Shown: piece by piece, positions 1-8,369 of the stretch
How positions within the stretch are numbered: the stretch's first letter is position 1
Layout of the letters: each line of letters begins with the position of its first letter
The notes under the pieces: model-generated
Databases searched by the model: none
What the model was told of the DNA's origin: nothing
Seen by the model: only the letters and a program-made list of their open reading frames with translations
Assembly (NCBI GenBank): GCA_963727805.1
Contig: CAVSHF010000003.1
Span: forward strand, 1,632,001-1,696,000
DNA from: an uncultured Nitrospiraceae bacterium
GTDB taxonomy: Bacteria > Nitrospirota > Thermodesulfovibrionia > Thermodesulfovibrionales > Dissulfurispiraceae
Reading direction: 5' to 3'
Length of the DNA stretch: 64,000 nucleotides
Translations under genes and position numbers: made by a program

Positions 1-368
1 GTGCGGCATGGGTGGAAGCAAATAAGGACTTTGAGCGGGAGCACACTACCCCATATATTTGGGAGAATACTGACAGGTTCCGTACAGGCAATGTTGCGTG
101 GGAGAAAGGTCTCGACTATTCCATGAGCCATCGATGGGTCATTGACTATGAAGAAGATTATCTCCTCATACGACGAATCTATGATGAACTGGCGATCGTC
201 AATCCTTTTTTCGGCGTTGACGATATTCTCGATCTTGTTGCCGGTAAGCCTGAACTCATGGATATAAACAAGCACCTTGTTGGTGTGAACTGGTACCGGA
301 ATCACCTCAAAGATCTCAAAACCATCAACGCAGAGCAGACAAAATTGGAACCTATTGAGAGGTGTTGA
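1..368 (+). CDS. C-terminal part of an SpsF-like cytidylyltransferase-family protein (5' end outside window)
   Basis: EREHTTPYIWEN and RWVIDYEEDYLLIRRIYDEL match the C-terminal motifs of the SpsF family; first gene of an operon that contains a NeuB-family synthase. Confidence 0.75.
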   Translation, partial: AAWVEANKDFEREHTTPYIWENTDRFRTGNVAWEKGLDYSMSHRWVIDYEEDYLLIRRIYDELAIVNPFFGVDDILDLVAGKPELMDINKHLVGVNWYRNHLKDLKTINAEQTKLEPIERC

Positions 369-1229
369 ATGACAGACGATGATTTGACCGCATTATACCA
401 AAGAGCGTTGAGGGTGCGCGAACACATATTGCGCATGTCCACTAAGGGCGGCGCATTCACCGGTGCAGCATTCTCATGCACCGACCTGCTCGTATATCTT
501 TATTCACGCTTTATGAACATTTCGTGCCACAACCTGGACGACCCTGATCGTGACTATCTCTTCCTGTCAAAGGGTCACGCTGTCCCTGCCCTTTATGGAA
601 CACTCGCAGAGGTGGGGATACTCGATCACGCCAGGTTAACGAATCATCTAAGAATAGATGACGACATATACTGGCATCCAAACCGCAACGTACCAGGCGT
701 TGAATTCCATTCTGGCTCGCTCGGCCATATCCTGCCAGTTGCAACAGGAGTGGCCCTTGACTGCAAGATGAGCGGCGCCCGAAACTGCGTTACGGTCATA
801 CTCGGAGACGGAGAATTAAACGAGGGCAGCAACTGGGAAGCTTGCCTTTTTGCCGCAGCCCGCAGGCTCGACAACCTCATCATCGTCGTGGACAGAAACA
901 GGTTCCAGGCAAACATGAGGACGGAAAGGTTAGTCCCTCTTGATCCTTTGGAGGAGAAGTTCAATTCTTTCCGATTATCGGCGGTGACCATAGATGGACA
1001 TGACTTCTCCGACATGGATGAGACTTTTTCCAGGATTCCGTTTGACCTTGGAAGACCGAGTGTCGTAATTGCGGAGACATTACGTGGCAAGGGGTTGCCG
1101 AAGATCGAATGCCGGGCAGACCGCTGGTTCTGCAATTTTACGGAGGACGAAATTGGACATTCGTTAGATGAGCTTCGCGTAAGCATGCATAAGGAACTTA
1201 TGTCGAAAACATCGGGAATCAGATTATGA
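369..1229 (+). CDS. Transketolase, N-terminal (TPP-binding) subunit
   Basis: LSKGHAVP, SGSLGH and GDGELNEGSNWEA...N TPP motif. Confidence 0.9.
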   Translation: MTDDDLTALYQRALRVREHILRMSTKGGAFTGAAFSCTDLLVYLYSRFMNISCHNLDDPDRDYLFLSKGHAVPALYGTLAEVGILDHARLTNHLRIDDDIYWHPNRNVPGVEFHSGSLGHILPVATGVALDCKMSGARNCVTVILGDGELNEGSNWEACLFAAARRLDNLIIVVDRNRFQANMRTERLVPLDPLEEKFNSFRLSAVTIDGHDFSDMDETFSRIPFDLGRPSVVIAETLRGKGLPKIECRADRWFCNFTEDEIGHSLDELRVSMHKELMSKTSGIRL

Positions 1230-2143
1230 CCTATCAGGAGCGACTCACAGAAATAGCCCTTGCTGATAAGCGCTATTTTGTAATGACAGCTGAAAACCGC
1301 GCATCCATAAAGTCAATTCCGGAGTCCCTTGGGGATCGGTTTATAGATACCGGCATTAACGAACAGGCCCTGATCGGTGCAGCAGCTGGTCTTGCGCTCA
1401 GAGGCCGCATCCCCGTCGTCCATGCCTTGAGCGCTTTCATGACGATGAGGGCCTTCGAGTTCATAAGGACAGACATCGGCCTGGCCGGGTTGCCGGTCAA
1501 GCTAGCAGGCAGCGTGGCCGGATTTCTCTCAGAGGCCAACGGCCCGACCCATCAGGCCCTCGAAGACATCTCTCTCATGCGGGGCATCCCCAGGATGCAG
1601 ATATTCTGCCCAGCGGACGAAGAAGAGCTTGTCATCGGGCTTAAGGATATACTGGAAAGCCCGTTCCCATGTTACATCAGGTTGAACCATCTGAAGCCGC
1701 CAATTAAACATTCACCTCATTTCAGGATTGGCAGCGCTGAGGTGATATCCGACGGAAAGGACATTTCGATCATAGTTTATGGAATCCTCCTCAAAGAGGC
1801 CTTTGAGGCAAAAAGGGTCCTGGAGGAAAAAGGTAGGTCGGTGAGGATTATCAATCTGCGCACCGTCGTCCCTATTGATGAACAGGTTGTGCGAGCTGCC
1901 GCTAGCGAAACTTCACTTGTCGTTACGCTCGAAGACCATTTTGTCACAGGTGGGCTCTATTCTATCGTAAGCGAACTTCTTATCCGGGAAAGGATTGCCG
2001 GCAAAGTTCTGCCTATAGCCCTCGATAATCACTGGTTCAGACCGGCGCTCCTGCCACAGGTCCTAGAATACGAGGGGGTTACCGGCCGACAGATCGCGGA
2101 CCGGATATTGAAAAGCTTAAACGGAGGAACAATCCATGCCTAA
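1226..2143 (+). CDS. Transketolase, C-terminal subunit
   Basis: GINEQALIGAAAGLA, GPTHQALED, VTLEDHFVTGGL; ATGA overlap with the upstream subunit. Confidence 0.9.
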   Translation: MTYQERLTEIALADKRYFVMTAENRASIKSIPESLGDRFIDTGINEQALIGAAAGLALRGRIPVVHALSAFMTMRAFEFIRTDIGLAGLPVKLAGSVAGFLSEANGPTHQALEDISLMRGIPRMQIFCPADEEELVIGLKDILESPFPCYIRLNHLKPPIKHSPHFRIGSAEVISDGKDISIIVYGILLKEAFEAKRVLEEKGRSVRIINLRTVVPIDEQVVRAAASETSLVVTLEDHFVTGGLYSIVSELLIRERIAGKVLPIALDNHWFRPALLPQVLEYEGVTGRQIADRILKSLNGGTIHA

Positions 2144-3491
2144 CACTGTAGGATTTAATCATGACTACCCCTCGATTACCGAATCTGACAAGCTCTATGC
2201 CAGAGCCTTAAACCTCATCCCCAACGCAACACAGACACTCGCAAAGGGGCCGACCCAGTATATCAAGGGTGTCGCCCCAAAATACCTAATGAAGGGAAAG
2301 GGCTCTCATGTCTGGGATGTTGACGGCAATGAATACATTGATTTCACCATGGCTGTTGGACCATTGTCTTTGGGCTACTGTTATCCAAAGGTCGATAAAG
2401 CCATTCGTCGCCAACTTCGAGACGGCATCACTTTTTCGATGATGCATCCGCTCGAAGTTGAAGTTGCTGAACTCATTCGGTCAGTTGTCCCTAACACCGA
2501 AAGGGTCCGATTTAGCAAAACCGGTGCGGATGTCACCTCAGCCGCGGTGCGGCTTGCCAGGGCGTATACGGGCCGAGACAAGGTACTGTGCTGTGGCTAC
2601 CATGGCTGGCACGACTGGTATATCGGCGTGACCGACAGAGACCGAGGAATCCCGCAGGCGATCAAGGACCTGACCTTCACGTTCAATTATAACGACCTGG
2701 ATTCGGTCATGGATTCGCTGGATGACGACATCGCTTGTGTCATCCTCGAACCGGTTGCGTTTGAGGAACCCAAGCACGGGTTCCTTGCCTGTTTACGGCA
2801 AATATGCTCAGACCGCGGCATCGTACTCATCTTCGATGAGATGTGGACAGGTTTCAGGATCGCTCTGGGCGGCGCTCAGAAATACTATAGTATCGACGCA
2901 GATATCGTGTGTTTCTCCAAAGCCGTCGCCAACGGCATGCCGCTGTCGGTGCTTGCCGGAAAGTCGGAGCTCATGGACCTGCTCGAAGATGACGTTTTTT
3001 TCTTTACTACCTTTGGTGGTGAGACATTGTCGCTTGCCGCCGCGAAGGCTACCATCAAGGAATTGAAGGATAAAGAAGTGCCCCAGTATCTGGCGCGGCA
3101 AGGCGCCAAAATAAAAAACGCTTACAACACCGTGTCAAGCTCATGGGGTCTGGAGAAGTATACCAGTTGCGTCGGACTGGACTGCCGGACACTTGTCACC
3201 TTCGGCAATGAGGCGGGAAACCCCCTGGAGATGAAGTCATTTCTCCAGCAGGAAATGTTCCGGCGCGGCATACTCTGGTCCGGCTTTCACAATATAAGCT
3301 ACTCCCACAGCGATGAAGACATCGATCATCTCATCGGTGTTTATGAGGAAATCCTGCCCGTTCTCAAGACAGTTATTGAAACAGGTGATATAAAGATGCA
3401 TTTAAAAGGAAAGCCTGTAGAGGCGGTTTTCCGCAGAACAAGCAATTTCAACACGAAACCGAAATATGGACCTATTCTCGCTCAACGATAA
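2136..3491 (+). CDS. Class III PLP aminotransferase (GSA-aminomutase-like, sugar-pathway type)
   Basis: WDVDGNEYIDF, GYHGWHDW, LIFDEMWTGFR, FSKAVANG (PLP lysine), TFGGE. Confidence 0.9.
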   Translation: MPNTVGFNHDYPSITESDKLYARALNLIPNATQTLAKGPTQYIKGVAPKYLMKGKGSHVWDVDGNEYIDFTMAVGPLSLGYCYPKVDKAIRRQLRDGITFSMMHPLEVEVAELIRSVVPNTERVRFSKTGADVTSAAVRLARAYTGRDKVLCCGYHGWHDWYIGVTDRDRGIPQAIKDLTFTFNYNDLDSVMDSLDDDIACVILEPVAFEEPKHGFLACLRQICSDRGIVLIFDEMWTGFRIALGGAQKYYSIDADIVCFSKAVANGMPLSVLAGKSELMDLLEDDVFFFTTFGGETLSLAAAKATIKELKDKEVPQYLARQGAKIKNAYNTVSSSWGLEKYTSCVGLDCRTLVTFGNEAGNPLEMKSFLQQEMFRRGILWSGFHNISYSHSDEDIDHLIGVYEEILPVLKTVIETGDIKMHLKGKPVEAVFRRTSNFNTKPKYGPILAQR

Positions 3492-4269
3492 AGTTGCCAT
3501 TGTAACTGGCGCTCTGGGACTCCTGGGCAAAGAGCACTGCATCGCTCTTGCGGAGGCAGGTGCCTACGTCGTTGTATGCGACCTTGATGAAAAAGGCTGC
3601 GCAGACTTTGCCGAGATATTAACACCACGCGGCCTTGGTGTCGGTGTTGATGTAACAGACCAAAGCTCGGTAGAAAACCTTCTTGAGAGGACCATCGACC
3701 GCTTCGGCCATGTCAACGTCCTCGTCAATAACGCAGCGATCAATGAAAAGTTTGAAAACCCGACTATGGCCGCTAAACTCTCGCAAGTAGAGCACTACCC
3801 CCTGGGGGTCTGGAAAAAGCTCATGGATGTGAATGTCAACGGAGTTTTTCTCTGCTCCAAGATCATCGGCGCTTCAATGGCGGAACAGGGCCATGGGTCC
3901 ATCATCAACATTGCTTCAACATATGGAATGGTTGCCCCTGATCAGTCTATTTACCGCAAACCGACTGGCGAACAAGCCTTTTACAAGTCACCGGCCTATC
4001 CTACGACCAAAGGTGCGGTTTTGGCGCTTACCAAACACCTTGCCGCGTACTGGGGGCACAAAGGTGTCAGGGTCAATGCCTTGTCTCCAGGGGGTGTTGA
4101 AAACATGCAGGAAGAATTTTTTATACAGAACTACTGTGAGCGTACCCCGCTCGGAAGAATGGCGCGACCGTTTGATTACCGGGGTGCTGTCATCTTTTTG
4201 GCGAGCGATGCTTCAGGCTATATGACCGGTGCGAACTTGGTTGTAGATGGGGGGTGGACCGCCATATGA
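3466..4269 (+). CDS. SDR-family oxidoreductase
   Basis: TGALGLLG nucleotide-binding motif, NNAA, YPTTK catalytic YxxxK, VRVNALSPGG. Confidence 0.9.
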   Translation: MDLFSLNDKVAIVTGALGLLGKEHCIALAEAGAYVVVCDLDEKGCADFAEILTPRGLGVGVDVTDQSSVENLLERTIDRFGHVNVLVNNAAINEKFENPTMAAKLSQVEHYPLGVWKKLMDVNVNGVFLCSKIIGASMAEQGHGSIINIASTYGMVAPDQSIYRKPTGEQAFYKSPAYPTTKGAVLALTKHLAAYWGHKGVRVNALSPGGVENMQEEFFIQNYCERTPLGRMARPFDYRGAVIFLASDASGYMTGANLVVDGGWTAI

Positions 4270-4805
4270 GAAACGGCAGGTCTTCGCAAGCGATGATCAG
4301 GCAAAAGGCTGAAAAGATCAAGCTACTACTTTCGGATGTGGATGGCGTGTTGACCGATACCGGAGTTTACTATTCAGACGCCGGCGAGGCCATGAAGCGA
4401 TTTTCCATTCGTGACGGCATGGGAGTGGCCCTGTTGAGAGAACTGGCATGCGTTGAGACCGGGATTATTACCGGAGAGTTATCCGGGTCGATCAGAAAAA
4501 GAGCTGAAAAGTTGCAGATTACCGAATTGCATCTCGGAATCAAAGAAAAGGCCGCCGCGCTGCTTGAAATTCTCGGGGCAAAAGGCCTCAGCAGCGAAGA
4601 AGTAGCTTTTATTGGTGACGATGTAAACGACATCGGTATCATAAACAGCGTCGGACTCTCAGCATGTCCCAATGACGCTTATCCTTCCGTGAAATATGAG
4701 GCTGACATCGTTTGCAGGGCCAAAGGAGGCCATGGGGCCTTCAGGGAATTCGCAGAGATCATCATCTCTGCACGTGTAAACCACAGGAAAGCTTCTCCTG
4801 AATAA
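4254..4805 (+). CDS. KdsC/YrbI-family HAD phosphatase (ulosonate-phosphate phosphatase); start may be 4266 or 4293
   Basis: DVDGVLTD motif I, FSIRDGMG, IGDDVND, GGHGAFREF. Confidence 0.9.
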   Translation: MDRHMRNGRSSQAMIRQKAEKIKLLLSDVDGVLTDTGVYYSDAGEAMKRFSIRDGMGVALLRELACVETGIITGELSGSIRKRAEKLQITELHLGIKEKAAALLEILGAKGLSSEEVAFIGDDVNDIGIINSVGLSACPNDAYPSVKYEADIVCRAKGGHGAFREFAEIIISARVNHRKASPE

Positions 4806-4825
4806 TGAAACGGAGGAAATAAAAC

Positions 4826-5734
4826 ATGAACGTCCGCAGAAAAGTCAATGTCAACGGTACTGAAATTGGAGATGGGCAGCCTGTCTTTGTCATAGCCGAG
4901 ATCGGTATCAACCACAATGGCTCACTAGAGATGGCAAAAAAGATGATAGATGGGGCAGTCTTTGCTGGCTGCGATGCCGTGAAGTTCCAGAAAAGGACCC
5001 CGGAGCTTTGTGTCCCTAAAGATCAATGGTATGTGGAGCGTGACACGCCATGGGGCAGAATGACATACATCGACTACCGTCACCGGGTCGAATTCGACTA
5101 CAATGATTATTCAGAGATAGACCTATATTGCAAGACAAGAGGGATTATGTGGTCTGCTTCATGTTGGGACGAGGAAGCAGTAGATTTTATCGATCATTTC
5201 ACCCCGCCGTTTCACAAGGCGCCATCGGCCTCCCTGACGGACTCCTCACTTCTTAAGAGAATGAGGGCCACCGGCAAGCCGCTGATGATTTCGACGGGAA
5301 TGTCCACGATGGAAGAAATAGAGAATGCCATTGCGGTTGTCGGAACAGACAATCTCCTAATAGCGCACTCCACTTCTGCATATCCCTGCAAGGTTGCTGA
5401 ACTGAACCTCCGTATGGTACCGACGCTAATGGGTAGGTTCCTGGGCGTACCCATCGGGTATTCGGGACATGAAACTGGGCTTGCTCCCACATGGGCCGCC
5501 GTTGCACTCGGGGCATCTTTCATCGAACGGCATGTGACACTGGATCGTACATTGTGGGGAACGGACCAGGCCGCCTCAGTCGAAGTGATCGGCATGCACC
5601 GACTTGTGAGCAATATACGCGACATCGAACGATCGCTGGGAGATGGAGTAAAGAGGATTTATGAAAGTGAGGTAGGAGTCAGGAAGAAACTTCGACGCGT
5701 CGCCGGAGAACACGAAGCGGCTGTCTGTTCTTAA
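4826..5734 (+). CDS. NeuB/SpsE-family ulosonic acid synthase lacking the C-terminal SAF/antifreeze-like domain
   Basis: IAEIGINHNG, DAVKFQKR, ISTGMST, GYSGHE, ERHVTLDR; 302 aa, ends right after the KKLRR motif; GGAGG Shine-Dalgarno. Confidence 0.9.
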   Translation: MNVRRKVNVNGTEIGDGQPVFVIAEIGINHNGSLEMAKKMIDGAVFAGCDAVKFQKRTPELCVPKDQWYVERDTPWGRMTYIDYRHRVEFDYNDYSEIDLYCKTRGIMWSASCWDEEAVDFIDHFTPPFHKAPSASLTDSSLLKRMRATGKPLMISTGMSTMEEIENAIAVVGTDNLLIAHSTSAYPCKVAELNLRMVPTLMGRFLGVPIGYSGHETGLAPTWAAVALGASFIERHVTLDRTLWGTDQAASVEVIGMHRLVSNIRDIERSLGDGVKRIYESEVGVRKKLRRVAGEHEAAVCS

Positions 5735-5746
5735 TCGAAATAACTA

Positions 5747-5781
5747 GGGCGGGAAGGCCTGCTTATCAGGCCTTGCCGCTC
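5747..5781 (+). terminator. GC-rich hairpin at the end of the sugar operon (no U-tract)
   Basis: GGGCGG-GAAGGCCTG...CAGGCCTT-G-CCGCTC inverted repeat starting 13 nt after the stop codon. Confidence 0.5.
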
Positions 5782-5845
5782 AGAACCATATCCTGCAAAC
5801 GTTTGTTATTGCAAGCGATTGCGCGCGTAAAGTTCCAGATAAAGG

Positions 5846-6596
5846 TCAGAAAATCCGTACTCTTCTCGAAGGCGATGCTTCATCGTTTTGATTCCTTCTC
5901 TGTGATAGGCTGTACCCTTTTGTCCTGATTCGCACAGCCATCATTATTTTTTCCGGAGACAACCCCATATGTGTAAGTCCTTGATGTCGCTGATGTCCAC
6001 GAAATTCATGTAGATAAATCTTCTGGCATCCTCCGGGTCTATTTTGGCAGGGTTGCTTGCCATTGGTATATGAAGGCTTTCTCTGATCAAAAAAGTACGT
6101 CGGATAAGCAACGAGCAACCCTATCAGTACACCGTTAAGAGGATCGACGAAATAAAGGCCGGTGAATTTTATGATAATAGCGGATATTATAACCCCAACG
6201 GAGTCTGGCAGATCATTCAATATTAGCATCGTTGCGCCCTTGAGGTTGATGTCCGCAGTATGCTTATAAAACATCAGTAATCCTTAAGCATTAACAGCCA
6301 GGCCGATTACGGCGATCAGGAGAATCTTATCTGCTTCTAAAGGCTCGGGATGAAGTATTTTGTCGTAGGCATCGAAAAAAATATGGAAGAGAAGAAAACC
6401 GGACAGTACCTTTGCCCTTTCGTATCCGGAGGTCTTGGTACTCGTCGGGGATTTTTCTGAGAGCCACGAGACATAGAAAGCCATGAATGAGGCATAGGTG
6501 ACAAGCGCGAGGCTGTGGTAATAAATACCACCCAATAACTCGACGAAGAAGTATGGTGTTTGCAATGAGAACCGATTCTTGAAATTATGTAGCCAT
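5846..6596 (-). pseudogene. Degraded CzcD/ZitB-like cation diffusion facilitator
   Basis: CDF motifs split over two ORFs: FFVELLGG...SLALV, GYERAKVLSGF, IAVIGLAVNA* and NLKGA...ND..DSVGVIISAII...VDPL; internal stop, frameshift near the 3' end, apparent deletions. Confidence 0.75.
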
Positions 6597-6808
6597 AATC
6601 TTTTCCGATCTTGATTAAAATGTGCTTTAAAAACGTTAATCGCGTTCCGTCCATTATTTCTCATTACTTGCCTAAGGACAGCGGTCACTTCGATTGCTGC
6701 GGATGTCAGGTAAGTAATGAAGGAAGTAATGGACAAGGGATAGAGGTACATACTATTTTTAGTTATAATACAATTAGAAAAAAGCACAGAATGCGCGGGA
6801 GGCATGTG

Positions 6809-7090
6809 ATGGGAATTCTTGACAATGGACTTAAAGGTAATATTTTCACAGGGCTTGCTATCGGGATTGGGGCAGCTGTGCTGGGGCCAGCCATCCTGCC
6901 TGTTATAGTTGGCGCCGCAAAACCCATAGTAAAAGCTGCAATAAAGGGTGGCATCCTCCTTTATGAAAAAGGAAAAGAAAACTTCGCAGAAGTCGGTGAG
7001 GTCCTGGAAGACATGGTTGCAGAAGTGAAGGCTGAGCTTGCAGAAACCGGTGAACAGGTCGCGACCCCTCCGCCCCCCCCAGAGGCATGA
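6809..7090 (+). CDS. DUF5132-type (FezA-like) small protein: GxxxG hydrophobic segment plus acidic helix
   Basis: GLAIGIGAAVLGPAILP...KPIVKAAIKGGILLYEKGKE...EDMVAEVKAE; GGGAGG SD before ATG 6809. Confidence 0.8.
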   Translation: MGILDNGLKGNIFTGLAIGIGAAVLGPAILPVIVGAAKPIVKAAIKGGILLYEKGKENFAEVGEVLEDMVAEVKAELAETGEQVATPPPPPEA

Positions 7091-7581
7091 TACCAGAAGC
7101 GCACATAGTTCATCGATCTTCCAGGCGGCTGCGACTCAAGATGCCGGTGAAAAAGTACCGCGAAGATTATCTAAAGGCACTGCCTGAAAAGCTGGCCGGC
7201 TGCCCCGGAATAAGCGAGATTGAAATCAACCCGGTTACCGGAAGCGTTCTTGTCAAACATGACGGTAATACGAAAGACATCATCGATTTCGTACGGTCCA
7301 AGGGCATATTTACAATAAAATTCAGCTCGGTGAGACCGCCGTCTGTTCATCAGAGCATAACGTCAGTCTATCGCAACCTTGACGGACTTGTGCAATCGTT
7401 TTCGAACGGCTCTACGAATGCAGGCGGCCTTGCTTTCCTGGGACTCATTGCATTCGGTGCCATCCAAATCGGAAAGGGAAACTTTGCAGCTCCTGCGTGG
7501 TACACAGTCTTCTGGTATGCGATGAATATTTTCCTAAAGTCGCAACCCGATGAAGCAGGCCCCGATATCGACGCAGAGTAA
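7087..7581 (+). CDS. HMA_2/CoBaHMA-domain membrane protein (FezC-like architecture)
   Basis: HIVHRSSRRLRLK...NPVTGSVLVKH HMA-like fold without CxxC; C-terminal hydrophobic GGLAFLGLIAFGAIQIGKG..APAWYTVFWYA; ATGA overlap with the upstream gene. Confidence 0.75.
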   Translation: MIPEAHIVHRSSRRLRLKMPVKKYREDYLKALPEKLAGCPGISEIEINPVTGSVLVKHDGNTKDIIDFVRSKGIFTIKFSSVRPPSVHQSITSVYRNLDGLVQSFSNGSTNAGGLAFLGLIAFGAIQIGKGNFAAPAWYTVFWYAMNIFLKSQPDEAGPDIDAE

Positions 7582-7691
7582 CATCACGATATTTAACATG
7601 GAGGTCACAGCAGTGATGGTAATCTTTTGTTGCTGTCCAGGATAAGGCGGAGCTAACAGTCAATAATTCATTGTTCCAAAGGAGGAATAAA

Positions 7692-8363
7692 ATGGCAACC
7701 AAAGCTGTAAAAAAAGAGAGCGTCAAAGAGGAAGTCGGCAAGGCGGGATCCAGCGTCAAGGCGGGCATTATCAGCAGTCTGAAGGGGATCAACGAGATTG
7801 AGGCTGAGATCGTCAGTCTCGTCCGTAACACCGTCTCCAACGCATTGCGGGCTACAGGGTCTGTTGCAGGTGAAGGCTTGGAGATTACCAAAGATGTCAT
7901 AAAGGGCGCGATTCAGGCGACAGAAGAAGTCGGCACTGGCCTCATCCTGAGCACCAAGAACGTGGCTAAGGGAGTGGTGATGGGCGTGAGCGATGTTGGC
8001 GGAGATGTAGTCCATGTTGCTTCGCAGACGGTTAAGGGCGCTGTCAAGGGCGCTGCCGAAATCGGAGCCGATGTTGGCCTTGTTGCTAGAAGGGCCGTCG
8101 ACGGGGTTATCGAAGCAGCCAAAGAGACGGGCGGAAACGTCGAAGAGGTTGCAAAAGTCGCCGTAGGCGGAGCAATCGAAGCTGCCGGCACGATCGGCAA
8201 TACGGCTGTGAAGGCAGTCAGGGAAATGCTCGTCGGTGTGGTGGAGGGAGTCAAAGACATCGCTTCAACTGCCTTACCCAAGAGCAGGGAAACTGCCTTA
8301 GCACCTAAAAAGACCCCATCGCCCGAGGTGACATCCAAAAGAAGTCGGCGTAAAGGAGCATAA
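7692..8363 (+). CDS. Gly/Ala/Val-rich protein of about 8 tandem 22-residue helical repeats (copy 1)
   Basis: Repeats such as KDVIKGAIQATEEVGTGLILST / KNVAKGVVMGVSDVGGDVVHVA / SQTVKGAVKGAAEIGADVGLVA; AGGAGG SD; paralog at 27011. Confidence 0.8.
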   Translation: MATKAVKKESVKEEVGKAGSSVKAGIISSLKGINEIEAEIVSLVRNTVSNALRATGSVAGEGLEITKDVIKGAIQATEEVGTGLILSTKNVAKGVVMGVSDVGGDVVHVASQTVKGAVKGAAEIGADVGLVARRAVDGVIEAAKETGGNVEEVAKVAVGGAIEAAGTIGNTAVKAVREMLVGVVEGVKDIASTALPKSRETALAPKKTPSPEVTSKRSRRKGA

Positions 8364-8369
8364 GAGTCA

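Noticed and set aside
6611..6808. N-terminal extension of the 159-aa ORF
   Set aside because: Runs through promoter DNA; the SD and family-like sequence begin at 6809
7445..8338. Several long minus-strand ORFs over the repeat-protein gene (also 26974-27573)
   Set aside because: Antisense shadows of a low-complexity Gly/Ala/Val gene; the plus strand has the SD and operon context
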